From: Octopus vulgaris
Lineage: Eukaryota
Assembly: GCA_951406725.2 (NCBI GenBank)
Contig: OX597826.1
Location: 8,494,001 to 8,558,000 of the forward strand
Direction of reading: 5' to 3'
DNA: 64,000 bases
In this document: positions 28,320 through 42,726 of the stretch, one piece after another
Layout: every line of letters starts with the position of its first letter
How positions within the stretch are numbered: position 1 is the first letter of the stretch
Translations under genes and position numbers: made by a program
Notes under the pieces: model-generated
Databases searched by the model: none
What the model saw: only the letters and a program-made list of their open reading frames with translations
What the model was told of the DNA's origin: nothing

Positions 28320-30120
28320 AATCTATTTGGTTATAGAGCAAAGAACAAATATGGTGTTCTTACCCTTACAACTGAGAACAGAATAACTGTTTCTGTTGGT
28401 ATAGGCATTCCAAAGGGAATATTCCAGGGAGATAGTCTTTTTGTAATTCTTTACATTTTGGCCCCGAATCCATTATCGTTCCTACTGCAGAAAACAAATG
28501 GTTACATGCTAGGATCTTCAACTGCTAGAAATATCAATATAACTCATAATTTAGACGACCTCAATATTTATGCTAAAAGTGTTAACAATGCCAAAAACAA
28601 CTGGAATTAATAACATTTTCAGCTGATATAGGCATGGAATTTGGCCAAAAAATTGTTCATATTTGGTTATAGAACAAAGAAAGTCAGTCCCCCAAACTCA
28701 AAACCTATGTCTCCCATTCCACACAAAGTAAAAATGTATCATATTAAGGCACTGTGAATAACAATAGAGTAACTCGAGAGTATTACACCAGACTTAGGAA
28801 TATATTGTAGTCGGAAAAAAACTTACCGCAAAACTATATCCCACAATGCATTTGTAGTAACAGTGCTGATCCCAACATTCGGGATACTTGATTGGTGTGT
28901 AGAGGAAATTCACTCCTTAGATATCAAAACCCGCAAAATCCTGACAAGAACTGGGAATTTCCACAGAAACAGTGATGTTGACAGGCTCTACCTAAAATGA
29001 AATGACCGGTGGTAGAGACCTGAGATCAGTGCAGACGGCCTTCGAATGCCGTATGATATCACTCAGACAGCACCTGTTGAACAACAGCAGCAAATATATA
29101 TATATATAAATGCAGTGCTGAAAAGTGAAGTTTGCAACAATGTACGAGGTGGCAGTGAGCTCCTCAAGAAGCACTCTCTTCCCTGATGATCTCCTATGCA
29201 GTCCCAAAACAGCTGGGTTCTCTTACCTCAGAGAACACCTGGATGGAAGCACTCAGCATACAAAAAAAGACTATGCATAGGTATGTTGCCCGGAAGCTTG
29301 AAAAAGACAGTAGAATTAACACGAAGCACAGCCTCTCTTGGACACAAGACCACAACATCACATCACACTTTGAAGGCTATGCGTTTGCAACCCAGGAAAA
29401 GATTTCCACAAAGTACCTAGTGAACAAGAGAGACAGTGACGCTCTTGTAATCCCAAGGTGCAACCGCATGTGTATTAGCAGCTGTCCTAAAATGTCGTCA
29501 CGGTACTACCTCCCTAGGCGGCATGATGTTGTTGCTAAAACAATTTACAATGCCATCCGAGAAAAAGACTGTCCTGAAATAAACTTTAAAAATCTCTCTG
29601 TCGTTGAATACATTCATAAACTCAAGTAATACTGGTGGAATATTCCCATAAAAACTTCTGTCAAATGTACACATAATCGACCATATATTGTTGTTTGGGA
29701 CAAAGGGGCAGATGTATATACCATCATAGAAGTTAGCTGCCCTGCAGATATAAATATCCCTTTCAAAATCAAACAAAAACAGGCTATCTATGGACAACTG
29801 CTTCGAAGCATCCAGCATCTATATCCAGACTATGAATTCATATTTATACCAATAATAACTGGAGCACTAGGTTTTGTTAGTAAATGCTTAAAGGAGAATC
29901 TGGATAAAGTGGAATTTCAGAAAGGGAAACTCACCGTCTGATACTTACATTACAATTGCGATCTATGAGTGGAACTGTAAAAATATGCAAGCCTTTTGTC
30001 AAGTCCCAAATGTGTATTTGTCTGTGTTAACTACATCCCAAAGATAGAGCATTGTATCTTTGTTTGAAACCGTCTCCCTCCTCAGTGGAAGATTTATAAT
30101 AATTAAAAAATAGAAGAGAC
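28320..30120 (+). mobile_element. Degenerate R4-clade (RLE) LINE with RT remnant, ending in (CATA)n
   Basis: KGIFQGDSL, DDL, LDIKTRKIL, SDVDRLYL, RRHDVVAK, HNRPYIVVWD...IIEVSCPAD motifs spread across frameshifts. Confidence 0.85.
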
Positions 30121-30129
30121 ATACACACA

Positions 30130-30163
<34 letters not shown>

Positions 30164-30264
30164 CATACATGCATACATACATACAGACAGAGAGACACAT
30201 ACATGCATACACACACAAACATACATAGATACATACATACATAAAGATAGATAGATAGATAGGT

Positions 30265-30335
<71 letters not shown>

Positions 30336-30340
30336 TATAA

Positions 30341-30402
<62 letters not shown>

Positions 30403-31339
30403 TGATTGATTGATCGAAGTTTAAATGCGCACTGGATATCTGTCTTTCACTTTTCTATGGTTTCCTAATGTTAACATCTTTAAAACGACTGAACGTGAAC
30501 ATTTCGACAACCTATCAATAATTAGCGATTGCGCATGCGCATATACAAAGGGGGGAATATAAGAACCCATACTTCTGTTCCTGACGTTCCGTGACCTCTC
30601 CGTCCCCCAACTTCAATATCGGTTTCTCTGCCCTTCATTCACCCAATATCCCTCTCTCTATCTCTCACCTACTCATTCTCTCAATATTTCTCTCTCTCCC
30701 TCCCATTCGACAACAACAACAACAACAACTACTACTACTACTAGGTTTTATTCACAAATTTAGGTCGATCTGAGTCTCAATGTCTCTCTCTCTCTCTCTA
30801 CCTCACTTTCTCCTATTTTCAATCTCAATTTCGCTTTCTTCCTCTCACTCTTCCTATCCCTCAATACCTCACACTCCCCCTCTCTCTCTGTATTTTATTT
30901 CTTCCCTGTTTCAATATCAATATTCCTTTCTCTCTCTCTCTCACTCTATCTCTCTTTCTCTCTTTCTCAGTCTCTCTCTATCTCTATCTATCTATCTAAT
31001 CTCGCTCTCTCTCTCTTTCGACTTCCTTTTCTCTCCATTTCCCTTTCTCACCCTTTCTCTCTCTTTCTCTCGCACCATCTCTTTCTCTACCCCTTTCTCT
31101 CTCACTCTTCCTCTCACTATAAATTTCCAGGTTTTCTATGGAGTGTTAATTATCGGAATTAAAATTATTCTACCCAGTAGAAATACTGGCTAATTATAAC
31201 ATATAGTTCTTGTCATTAGTTAATTAGAAACTAGTATACACAACTTTTATAGTGTGAATATATTCATATGTGTGTGTGCATGTAAGCATTTACGCATACA
31301 TGTGTGTTTGCATGTACATATATATGCTTGTATGCTTGC

Positions 31340-31392
<53 letters not shown>

Positions 31393-31594
31393 GTATATAG
31401 GTATATGTACATATGTATACTTTAGGTTTCAAGTCACATACGCATTTATGATTATATTCATATGATTTTATTCTTTCACGTAAATACGTATAAATAAATA
31501 AATATATATGTGTGTGTATATATATATATGTATATATATATGTATATATATATGTGTGTATATCTATGTATATATACGTGTATGCATATACATA

Positions 31595-31625
<31 letters not shown>

Positions 31626-31815
31626 TAGTATGTATGTATACAGGGTATATACGTATGTCCACGTTTTTCTATACATCTCATGCATGATCCATTGTGCAAA
31701 TATATATGTATATATACACACACATATATATGTGTGTGTGTGTCTGTTTATATATGTATATATATAAACACATATGTTATACATCATATATATATATACA
31801 TATATTATATTATAT

Positions 31816-31860
<45 letters not shown>

Positions 31861-32298
31861 ATGTGTGTGTATTTACATTTATATTCATATATGTATAAAG
31901 AAGTATAAATGTATATATGTAATTATATATATTTATATATACATACATATATATATATATAACCAAGTCCACATAGAAATGTGTGATCCTTACGTGCATG
32001 TAAATACATATAAATACGCACACATAACCGCAAACGTGCCAGATTAATTAATACATGCATATATACATGCATACATACACATAAATATATATATATATAT
32101 GTATATATATGTGCACATACCCATATGTACATAGTTAGGTGTTAGTTGTCGGCATTTTCTCCATCCGTTTGATATTATCTCATTTCATTCACATTACTAA
32201 TTAACATTTGGAAACGGTTTGTTTATCTCAATCATAATTTCTCCTCCCTCGCCCCCCCCCTCTCAGATATATCCATAGAGGGAAAGAGGGAGAGAGAT

Positions 32299-32345
<47 letters not shown>

Positions 32346-32411
32346 TGGATAGACTGGTAAACAGAGAGAGGGGGAGAGAGAGAGAAATAAAGACATGATA
32401 GATAGATAGAC

Positions 32412-32471
<60 letters not shown>

Positions 32472-32515
32472 GATAGATAGATGGATAGGTAGATGGATAG
32501 ATAGATAGATAGATG

Positions 32516-32590
<75 letters not shown>

Positions 32591-32591
<1 letters not shown>

Positions 32592-33324
32592 TGTTTCTTT
32601 ATTAGCCACACAGGGCTGCACACAGATAGAACAAATTACAAGGTAGAGCTTTTCTTTTGAAGGTTTAAAAAAAAAAAAAAAAAAAGGAAGGGGGAGTTTC
32701 GATCAAAAGGGATCGTAAAAGGAGAGAAAGAGGACAAAAAAAAGGGGGGTTAAAAAAAGGGGGAGAGGAAAAAAATTGATCAATAGGGATCGTTATCACA
32801 GAAATGTCAATATGAAGTGTAAAGGGGAGGACAGGTGAGGTTTACCCGTGGAAAGAAAAGCCTACGGAAAAGACCACGGTAACCTCGGTCAATGAAGTCA
32901 CATTTTATATTTCTTTTTTTTTTTTTTTGCAAATAAGCAACTCTCTGTTTTCGATTTCTGGGTTCATAGGACTATGCTCAAGGTGGCTTCGTCATTCATA
33001 CGTGCCATTCTTGCTACATTCACCCATCTTTTTTTAAAACATTCGCTAGACAAAACTTGTCTCTCTACTCTCACTTTCCTTTTCAAGTGGTACTTGAAGA
33101 AGTTGATGAGTGATTGACCAGGGAGGAAAGTGTTTGTCTCCAATCCTTTCAGACGCGTCCACCAGATACATTCTTTCGCCATAGCCACAAGGATGATGAA
33201 AATAGCTCTTCCTTCCCGTTTGAAGGAAGGAGGCGTGACAATATTGACGATAGACTCAGCTGATAAACCGACTCGTCCCACACGTGACAGCAGTTGTTCG
33301 ACATAAGCCCACAGGTCGGAAATA
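32591..33324 (-). mobile_element. Tx1/L1-like LINE 3' fragment inserted in (TATC)n
   Basis: ORF ...[20 protein letters not shown]...FKKRWV resembles a Tx1 ORF2 C-terminus. The pyrimidine-rich 3' UTR has AATAAA and runs into (ATCT)n; the same microsatellite lies at the 5' junction. Confidence 0.7.
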
Positions 33325-33366
33325 TGGATAGATAGATGGATAGATAGATAGATAGATAGATAGATG

Positions 33367-33443
<77 letters not shown>

Positions 33444-33444
33444 G

Positions 33445-33501
<57 letters not shown>

Positions 33502-33502
33502 G

Positions 33503-33581
<79 letters not shown>

Positions 33582-33588
33582 GGATAGG

Positions 33589-33655
<67 letters not shown>

Positions 33656-33659
33656 GTAA

Positions 33660-34184
33660 TAAGTGCCTTGATGCAGTATCACATTGTGACTCTTATTGCG
33701 TTTGATCTTAACTGATTGGAGGTGTTATATACAGATTTTGTCTTGGTGTAAAAGATGGGTTTCAGCGAATATTCTTATCGATACCACAGATTTGCTTGTC
33801 AGTTGCTTGACCTTAACCAGTTAAGCATGTCGTTTAGTGTGGCTGACGTCATGTGCATCTCTGATCACGAGCAGAAGTAGTGGGGGAGCATCATAGCTCA
33901 TAATTCACCTCTGGAAACAGAATCGTTTTGTTCATCCTTAAACAAACTTAATTCAGGGCCATTTTGAGCGAGATGGCCTACTCGACCTGAAGAAAATTCC
34001 AACTGGGTCCTACATGCAAGGACATGTGCTGTTTAGCTTGATATGAGATCACAATGTCGCGCACATATGGTTCTGATGTATGTGTCTGGAGAACCCTTAT
34101 CAGGCAGGTAGTCATCAGGGGTTTATTGGGTTCCTATATTTGTACCCAACTGTCACTTTGGTGGCATGCGTTGCTATCTTACTC
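33660..34184 (+). mobile_element. Family D, longest copy
   Basis: Colinear with 3985-4460; ends cttactc(AAT)n. Confidence 0.8.
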
Positions 34185-34191
34185 AATAATG

Positions 34192-34288
<97 letters not shown>

Positions 34289-34303
34289 TAAATAATAATA
34301 ATG

Positions 34304-34409
<106 letters not shown>

Positions 34410-34424
34410 TAAATAGTAATAATG

Positions 34425-34512
<88 letters not shown>

Positions 34513-34516
<4 letters not shown>

Positions 34517-35324
34517 GAAAAATCCCAGCAATGGTTGAGAAGCTCAGGACTCAAAGCAGAAACAGAGGGATTTTTAATTGCAGCACAAGACCAAAGCCTC
34601 CCCACCAGAAATTACCAAAAACATGTAATGAAAAGAAATATTACAAGTAACTGCAGAATATGTGGAGATGGACAAGAAACAATAAATCATATTATCTCTA
34701 GCTGCCCAGTCCTGGCTAAGAAGGAATATATTCACAGACATGACAGAGTTGGAACTTACATACATTGGAAGCTATGCCAACATTATGGAATAACAACAGA
34801 AAAAAGATGGTATAGGCACACACCAGAAAAGGTCACAGAAAACGAGAAAGCAACCATACTCTGGGATATGCCGATACACACAGATAGAGAAATTAAGGCC
34901 AACAGACCAGATATAGTTGTCAGAGACCATGAAGAAAAAAAATGCTTTCTAATTGATGTATCAGTACCGGCAGATGACAACGTGTCTCTAAAAGAAATGG
35001 AGAAACTCTCAAAATACAAAGACCTGGAAATAGAGGTAACTAGAATGTGGAATCTGAAAACAGAAACAATTCCTATCATAGTAGGTGCATTAGGCATGAT
35101 AAAAAAATATTCAGACAAATACATAACAAAAACACCAGGACTTACAAACACATATAACATACAGAAAATTGCACTACTAGGCACTGCACACATCCTACGC
35201 AGAACACTTTCCATACAATAACCATCAGAGCATCACAACAAATCACAGCACATACCCAAGGCACACAGAGCTGCGCTCGGTAGTGAAGTGAAAGCACGCT
35301 ATAAAAATAAAAATAAAACTACTG
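34513..35324 (+). mobile_element. Young 5'-truncated R4/Dong-like LINE: open C-terminal ORF (34513-35221) with CCHC knuckle and RLE endonuclease
   Basis: CRICGDGQETINHIISSC, RHD, RPDIVV...LIDVSVP, KLSKYKDL, QKIALLGTAHILR. (AAT)n on both sides. The poly-I/N start of the tracked ORF is microsatellite read-through. Confidence 0.93.
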
Positions 35325-35369
35325 AATAATAATAATAATGACAATAATAATAATAATAATGATAATAAT

Positions 35370-35671
35370 GTAGAGGCACATGGCTTAGTGGTTAGAGCAG
35401 TGGACTCGCGGTCGAGGAATTGCGGGTTCGAATCTCAGACTGGGCGATGTGTGCGTCTATGAGCGAAACACCTAAGCTCCACACGGCTCCAGCAGAAGAT
35501 AATGGCGAACTTCTGCTGACTCTTTCGCCACAACTTTCTCTCACTCTTTATTCCTGCGTCTTGCAGCTCACCTGCGACGGACCGGCGTCCCGTCCAGGTG
35601 GGGAACCTATACGCCAAGGAAACCGGGAAACCAGCCCTTATGAGCCAGGCGTGGCTCGAGAAGGAACAAAG

Positions 35672-35706
<35 letters not shown>
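35370..35706 (+). mobile_element. SINE family B, full length, (AAC)n tail
   Basis: A box tggcttagtgg, B box ggttcgaatct; colinear with 63611-63919. Confidence 0.9.
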
Positions 35707-35763
<57 letters not shown>

Positions 35764-37058
35764 CAACAATAATAATGACAATTATGATGATGCTGATGAT
35801 GATGATAATAATAATAATAATAATAATAATAATTATAATAATAATAATAATACCTCTAATTTTTGGCATATGTGCAGCAATTTTAAGGGGAGTGGGTACC
35901 GAACTTCTTAGAATGAAAGCCGACCTTGGCGGAATTTGAACTCAGAATATAAAGTGCAAGAACAAATATCACTAAGCATTTTGCCCAACGCACTAATGAT
36001 TCTGCAACTGAACAGCTGTACTTCATCTTACCCAGTGAATCCGTCTAAGATAAGCAACTGACTAAGAGAGGCATCACCCAATGAAGAAAGAAATAATATG
36101 CGTGCTTTGTGGGTCCTGCTATTCCTGTCCGAATCTACTTTAGGGAAGCATAACACGATGCCATCTTTTGAGAATCTTCCAATGTTATGAAAACTCACTC
36201 TGAAAATATCCATTGACATTTCAAAACCCAATCGTGCAAGCCCACGCGTCATGTCTTTATACACACTACATTGTGGTTATCTTTTTCCTACCAAAGTTTC
36301 GGCCCAAAAGGAACAGCTATAATAGAAGACGTTAAGAAATTGATGAAGAAACTAAAGGAACCACGCATTTGTAGACGATGGATCAAACGAAATTTAAAGA
36401 AAAAGAATGAAAAGTGAACAGAGTGATGGATAGGATTATCTGTGAAATGTAGTTTCAGAATTTTGCTGGGAGAAGGGATGATAAAAGGAGGATTAACAAG
36501 TACTCTGATGGAAGTAATGGATGGTAATGAAAATTAGCGACCTGAGATAAGGTGTAAGAAAATTTGACCAGTGTAAGCAAGAAAACAGGACGAAAGAGGG
36601 AGAAAAAGGTAGATTAGAAGAAATGTGTCGTGCAAGGACATAAAAGGATTGCAACCATGAGGGAAGAACGAAAGCGAACAGTAGAGGCAAAAGCTGCCAA
36701 AATCAGAAAATATGATGGAAGAAATTCTTCTCAACGAGTGGCAATGAAGTTTAAGAGGACATGTTCCTGATATTCCAGTCCGAATCTGCCTTAGAGAAGC
36801 ATAACTCGATACCATCTTTTGAGAATCTTCCAAAGCTCGGAACGTTTCAATCGCATTTACCGTACTATGTTTTACAATACTAAGCTTCTTTAGACGAGTG
36901 TTACGGTGGATCATCTACTCGGACATCGAATTCTACTCTCGCTAATCCGCTGCGCCTCACAAACACTTCGACAAAAACGCTGATGATTATTTGCACGCAG
37001 CTCATTAAGCAGAGCTTATGATAATGACAAAAATGTCAAGCGGGTGGATCGCAGTTTG

Positions 37059-37102
<44 letters not shown>

Positions 37103-37307
37103 CGTGTATATGTGGACATTTACTAAAATCTGTAATTAAAATTATTTAATACGTCATCACATATCGTAAAAACGTTTCTTGCGCAATCCATCAGTTTTCT
37201 GACTCGCCAATATGTATTCATGTTTTTGTGACAGATTTTTGGTAAGCATGTATGAGATCTGGTGAAAATATCATTATTGCTGATGTTGTTATCATTATTA
37301 TTATTAT

Positions 37308-37391
<84 letters not shown>

Positions 37392-37417
37392 CAGCAGCGA
37401 TAGTGGCAGCAGCTGCT

Positions 37418-37482
<65 letters not shown>

Positions 37483-38123
37483 TCATTTTGTCTTTTGAAG
37501 CATACGGACTTCTCTAGAGACGGTTCCGAGAAAATTGGATTATTTCCAAGTTTTACTGGATGAAATCTTTTCTTTTTTGGAATCTTTTTTTTCAAACAGG
37601 GGATTTCAGAATGTCTATCCCAACACCCGGGGGAAACAAGAGGTCTGTCTTTTAGACATTATTCCATATTTCTGTAATTTTTTTTCTTTTATGTACGTTT
37701 TACAGTCTTGTTTCCACTGTAGAAGCAGTAAGAGGTACTGACAAGAAAACAGAAAAATGTCGAGATAATTTTCAAATACATGAAAATGGAATTTTTATAA
37801 AAGTTGAATAGAATTTAAAAGCGATAAACGCAATAAAATGACCATGAAACAAACATTTACACTCACAAAAACAGACAGTCACAATTTGACAGCCGGAAAA
37901 GCAGAATTACACGACATAAATGAGAGTTATAACACCAACTACCATATAAAACTGTACCATGTTGATAGAGATGATAACAATTGTGTCTTTTGTAGCATAA
38001 CTAGCCAAAAGATGCTTTGGAAATGGCTGGAAATTCAATTAACGAATAAGGCATGACGTCAGTAAGTCACTTTGTAGTGGTTTAAATATGGTTTCTGTTT
38101 ACAAATATCTTGGGTCATACATA

Positions 38124-39396
38124 CGAGGGGCGTTCAATAAGTAATGCCCCTGACCCACTTCCCATAGCAGTAGAGCAACGAAACTTGGCACAGTTATTAG
38201 TCTTTTTCTACATAGGAACCACCCAGAGTTACGCATTTCTCCCATTGATTGATGCAGCTCTGGAGACCGTTTTTGTAGAAGACCCCCAGCTTGGTCCTCC
38301 AACCTGAACGTGACTTCAGAAATCAAGGCTGCATCATCTGGGAAACGCTTTCCTTTCAAAAACAACTTCATGACTGCGAAGAGGTGAAAATCAGAGGGTG
38401 CAAGGTCAGGAAAGTAGGGGGATGGGGGAGGAGTTCATAGCCATACGCCTGTGCTTCTGATCTGGCGACAAGCGAGTTGTGGACCGGAGCGTTGTCCTGC
38501 AGGAGGAGGATGCCTTTGCTGATCTTGCCCCGCCTCTTGATTTTGATAGCTTCTCTTAATTTCCTCAAAAGTGAAGCATAATAGGCTCCTGCAATTGTGG
38601 TACCCTTTGCCAGGAAATCTGTCATCACTACTCCGTCCTGGTCCCAGAAGACTGTGAGCATGACCTTGCCAGCGGAGGGCTGCACCCTTGCCTTCTTTGG
38701 AGGGGGTGAGTCACGGTGCTTCCACTGCATTGACTGGGCTTTGGTCTCTGGATCATCGTAATGGACCCAGGTTTCATCCTGTGTAATCAGTCTTTTGAAA
38801 AGTTTTGACTCATCTTCTTGGCACATCTCCAAATTCACCCTCGAGCACTCGACGCGTTCTTGCTTCTGGAAAGGCGTGAGCAACCTGGGAATCCATCTGG
38901 CAGACACCTTTTGCATATGCAAATGGTCATGAATGATAGTTTCCACAGACCCGGTACTAATCTTGACCTCATGGGCTATTTGGCGAATAATTATGCGTCG
39001 ATCTTCCAAAATGGCAGCCTCAACTTGACGGAGAGATGCCTCATCAATGGCAGAAGGGGCGACCAGATCTGGGAGCTGTTTCCACAGAGTTCCGACCATG
39101 TTTGAATTCACGATGCCAGCGTTTTACAAGGTCATATGATGGGGCATCATCACCATAAGTTACTTTCATTTCATGAAAAGTCTCCTGTGGTGTGCGTCCT
39201 TTCAAATACAAAAACCGGATCACTGCTCGACACTCAACAGGCTCCATTTCACACTTGACTCGGTTCAAACACCTGTAAATCAGAAACCACAATTGCTACT
39301 TACTCTATAGAGATATAAATGATTGCACATGCACAATTTCAGCAAGATCAAACAACTGCAAGTGGGTCAGAGGCATTACTTATTGAACGTCCCTCG
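38124..39396 (-). mobile_element. Full-length mariner transposon (1273 bp) with TIRs and TA target duplication
   Basis: TA-cgaggggcgttcaataagtaatgcccctgacccactt ... aagtgggtcagaggcattacttattgaacgtccctcg-TA. Confidence 0.96.
38197..39247 (-). pseudogene. Mariner DD34D-type transposase, frameshifted (probably irritans-like)
   Basis: MEPVECRAVIRFL, WIPRLL, QDETW, QDNAPVH and frameshifted HPP.PDLAPSDF motifs; at least three frameshifts. Confidence 0.92.
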
Positions 39397-40454
39397 TATC
39401 ATAATCTGGAAAAGATTTTCTAACTGGAAGGGGTATGGCATGGTCAGCCTGTAATGATATGCATAAGATCTGGTCATCAAATCTAAGTAGAGGTTTAAAA
39501 CTTAAAATCTTCAAAACCACAGTCAAACCAATTCTACTATATGGCTCAGAAACCTGGACGTTATCAAAGAACCTTGAGAGGCGGTTGGATGGAACTTACA
39601 CTGGCTTCCTTATGAGAGCTCAAAATCTCTCGTGGAAGCGTCATCCAACCAAAGTACAAATATATGGGAAGCTACCACCTGTATCATCTCTTGTGAAAGG
39701 TAGGAGAGTCCAGTTTGCTGGACATTGTTGTAGAGCTGAAAACGAGGCAATTTCTACTCTTCTCCTCTGGAAGCCATCTACTCGCGATACCAGATGGTGC
39801 ACACTCTCCTACTCTGATGTAATCTCCAAGGATACAGGCATCCAGCAACAGGACCTCCGTAATGCTATGATGGACCTTGAAGTCTGGCGTAGCATAGTAA
39901 ATTCCATTGTGTCGACAACGGTCGAACAATGATGATGATGATGTAAGTCACAAAGGGGTGTTTGTTTTTTACGGAGGCATCTATCCAAAATCAGATAGAA
40001 AAATGACATTGTTTTAATTTGTGAAACCCAGAAAAGAATCCCATATCCCTGCCCTCCAAAATGCAGTTTAAGGAAGGTAAAGGTAAAGTATGCTCAATTG
40101 ATAAAGATAGCAATTTGGTGCGAGTGCCTGGTCTAAGAGATATGAAGATGATGCAAGAAGGCAGCTCGAAAGAGTGTACCTGCATCGAATATGGTATCGT
40201 AATAAATGGGGCAATGAATAGTAACCTCTTTACTATTATATAAATGCTCTTGCAATGATTGCATTTCCTATTTTCCACGATATCTCGTCTCTTTGATCCA
40301 ATACTATAGTTAAGCTCTATGTAGAAATCTTCTTCTTCTTCTTCTTCTTCTTCTTCTTCTTCTTCTTCTTCTTCTTCTTCTTCTTCTTCTTCTTCTTCTT
40401 CTTCTCCTTCTTCTTCTCCTCCTAATTCCTCTACTGATAGCTCGTAGCCCCTTA

Positions 40455-40650
40455 TAAGAATCCTTTCCACTATAAGCACAAAACCTGAAGCTTTAGGGCA
40501 GAGTTCTAGTTGATTACATCGACCCCGGTACTTGACTGGTAATTCTTTAATCGACTCCGAAAGGATGAAAGCCAAAGTTGACCTCAGCAGAATCTGAACT
40601 CAGAACATAAAAACTAAAAATGAGCCACTAAAGTTTTCTTTCCTCCGACG
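40455..40650 (-). mobile_element. SINE family C copy (others at ~16090-16230, ~35855-36005, ~52440-52530, ~63395-63530)
   Basis: ttacatcgacccc.gtacttgactggt...atcgac.ccgaaaggatgaaag.caaagt.gacctc. Confidence 0.8.
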
Positions 40651-41333
40651 CAGTAAAGATTTTAAGCCTCAAATTAAAAAAAAATTTTTGTTTCATGTAC
40701 AATGCCAAGAACTTTTAGTGGCGGGGATACCCGACCCCACCGATCCAATACTACTTGCTTTGTACTTTAGTTCATCAATCCCAAAATAAAAAAAAGCCAA
40801 CGCTGACCTGAATAAATATAAACATAAACAGATATTGTTATGATTCATGATTCACCTCCATGTCAACAACAAGGATAGAATTTTCAGATCTGGTCGCAGA
40901 AAGAAGGGGAATGAAAAAAAAATAAGCAGTAAGATATATGGAGACTATAGATGGAAATGTGAGATCAAGACTTGGATAAATCTCCATATTGCATCCCTTT
41001 ACATCAAGTTATCATCATCGATTGTATGTGTTTACAAACCGATTCTAAACGATAAACAACTTGACATTTTGAATGATTTTTTTTAGCAGAGAAAACAAAA
41101 TAACAGTATGAAATTTCTATGCTTTAAAGTACAATTCATAAAATACTTGAAACACAAAGATGTGATGTAAATAAACTGGCATCTGATGGTCAAGAGATGT
41201 AAAAAAAACAAATCAAATCATAAAGAACGATCTTAACATCATCAATAATATAACAACATCGAAGACGATAGCAACAACGAGAGCGATGATAAATAATAAA
41301 AAAAAAACATTAAAAAAACACGAGTTATCGTTA

Positions 41334-41561
41334 TACTCTTTTACTCTTTTTACTCTTTTACTCTTTTACTTGTTTCAGTCATTTGACTGCGGCCATGCTG
41401 GAGCACCGCCTTTAGTCGAGCAAATCGACCCCGGGACTTATTCTTTGTAAGCCCAGTACTTATTCTATCGAACTCTTTTGCCGAACCGCTAAGTGACGGG
41501 GACGTAAACACACCAGCATCGGTTGTCAAGCAATACTAGGGGCACAAACACAGACACACAA

Positions 41562-41605
<44 letters not shown>

Positions 41606-41746
41606 CAGTTTCCGTCTACCGAATCCACTCACAAGGCATTGGTCGGCCCGGGGCTATAGCAGAAGACACTTGCCCAAGATGCCATGCAGTGGGACTGAAC
41701 CCGGAACCATGTGGTTGGTTAGCAAGCTACTTACCACACAGCCACT
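41334..41746 (-). mobile_element. SINE family A, near-consensus copy
   Basis: Colinear with 6784-7205; (TACTCTTT)n tail. Confidence 0.92.
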
Positions 41747-42413
41747 TTGGTTTGTTTTCTTTTCTTTGTTTGTTTGCTTTATCTTTTCGCACAGGTTATG
41801 TTCGAAAAGTTGCTAGAAACGCCAGAGCGCCAAACTGTGTGTCTTACATTATTATGGTTTTCAAATCTTAACGCAATCGAATTCTACTTTTATCCGTTCT
41901 GATTCGATGAAATTAAATATGAAAATCATGTAAACACTATCTCAGCTGCGATGCAAAGCATGTCAATATAGCTCTTTAACAAAAAAATCAATAAGTATTT
42001 GTTTGTGTGTGTGTGTGTTTGTATGTGTGCACGTGTATATATATATATGTGTGCGTGTATTTTTTTTCTTCTTTTTAATTTCATGCAAGCATGAAATGAG
42101 ATTTTAGGATAAGAGAAAGTAAACTTTATTGAGTTTATGTTTTTCTGGGTGGCGTGGAATTTTGTTTACAAGATGCTTGGGAATGTAAACCCAAAGAATC
42201 GGCTTCAATATCCATTTGAAACTGAGCTGTATTACTCAGTGGGTTACAAGTTCAAAGAAGCTATGACCTGGCAATCAGAATAAGAAAGGTTTCAAAGATA
42301 TTTTATCGGACAAATGATGAGGCATTAAATGTTTATATATATATATATAAACATTTAATCCATAATCGTTAATCCGAAAATATATCTACTCATCTCCGTG
42401 TATGTATATAGAT

Positions 42414-42460
<47 letters not shown>

Positions 42461-42493
42461 AAGACTGACAGACAGAAAGACAGACAGGCAGAC

Positions 42494-42552
<59 letters not shown>

Positions 42553-42618
42553 CAGATAGATAGATAGACAGATAGACAGATAAACAGATAAACAGTTAGA
42601 TTATCTATCTATCTATCT

Positions 42619-42726
<108 letters not shown>

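Larger units (their letters stand above)
38070..39942 (+). mobile_element. RTE-type LINE 3' fragment (pieces ~38070-38123 and 39399-39942) split by the mariner insertion; (TGA)n tail
   Basis: Removing the mariner gives VYKYLGSYIS*SGKDFLTGRGMAWSAC...PILLYGSETWTL...RRVQFAGHC. Confidence 0.85.

Noticed and set aside
35370-35445. tRNA gene (and similar A/B-box sequences elsewhere)
   Set aside because: No complete acceptor stem or poly-T terminator; each continues into a multi-copy SINE body.
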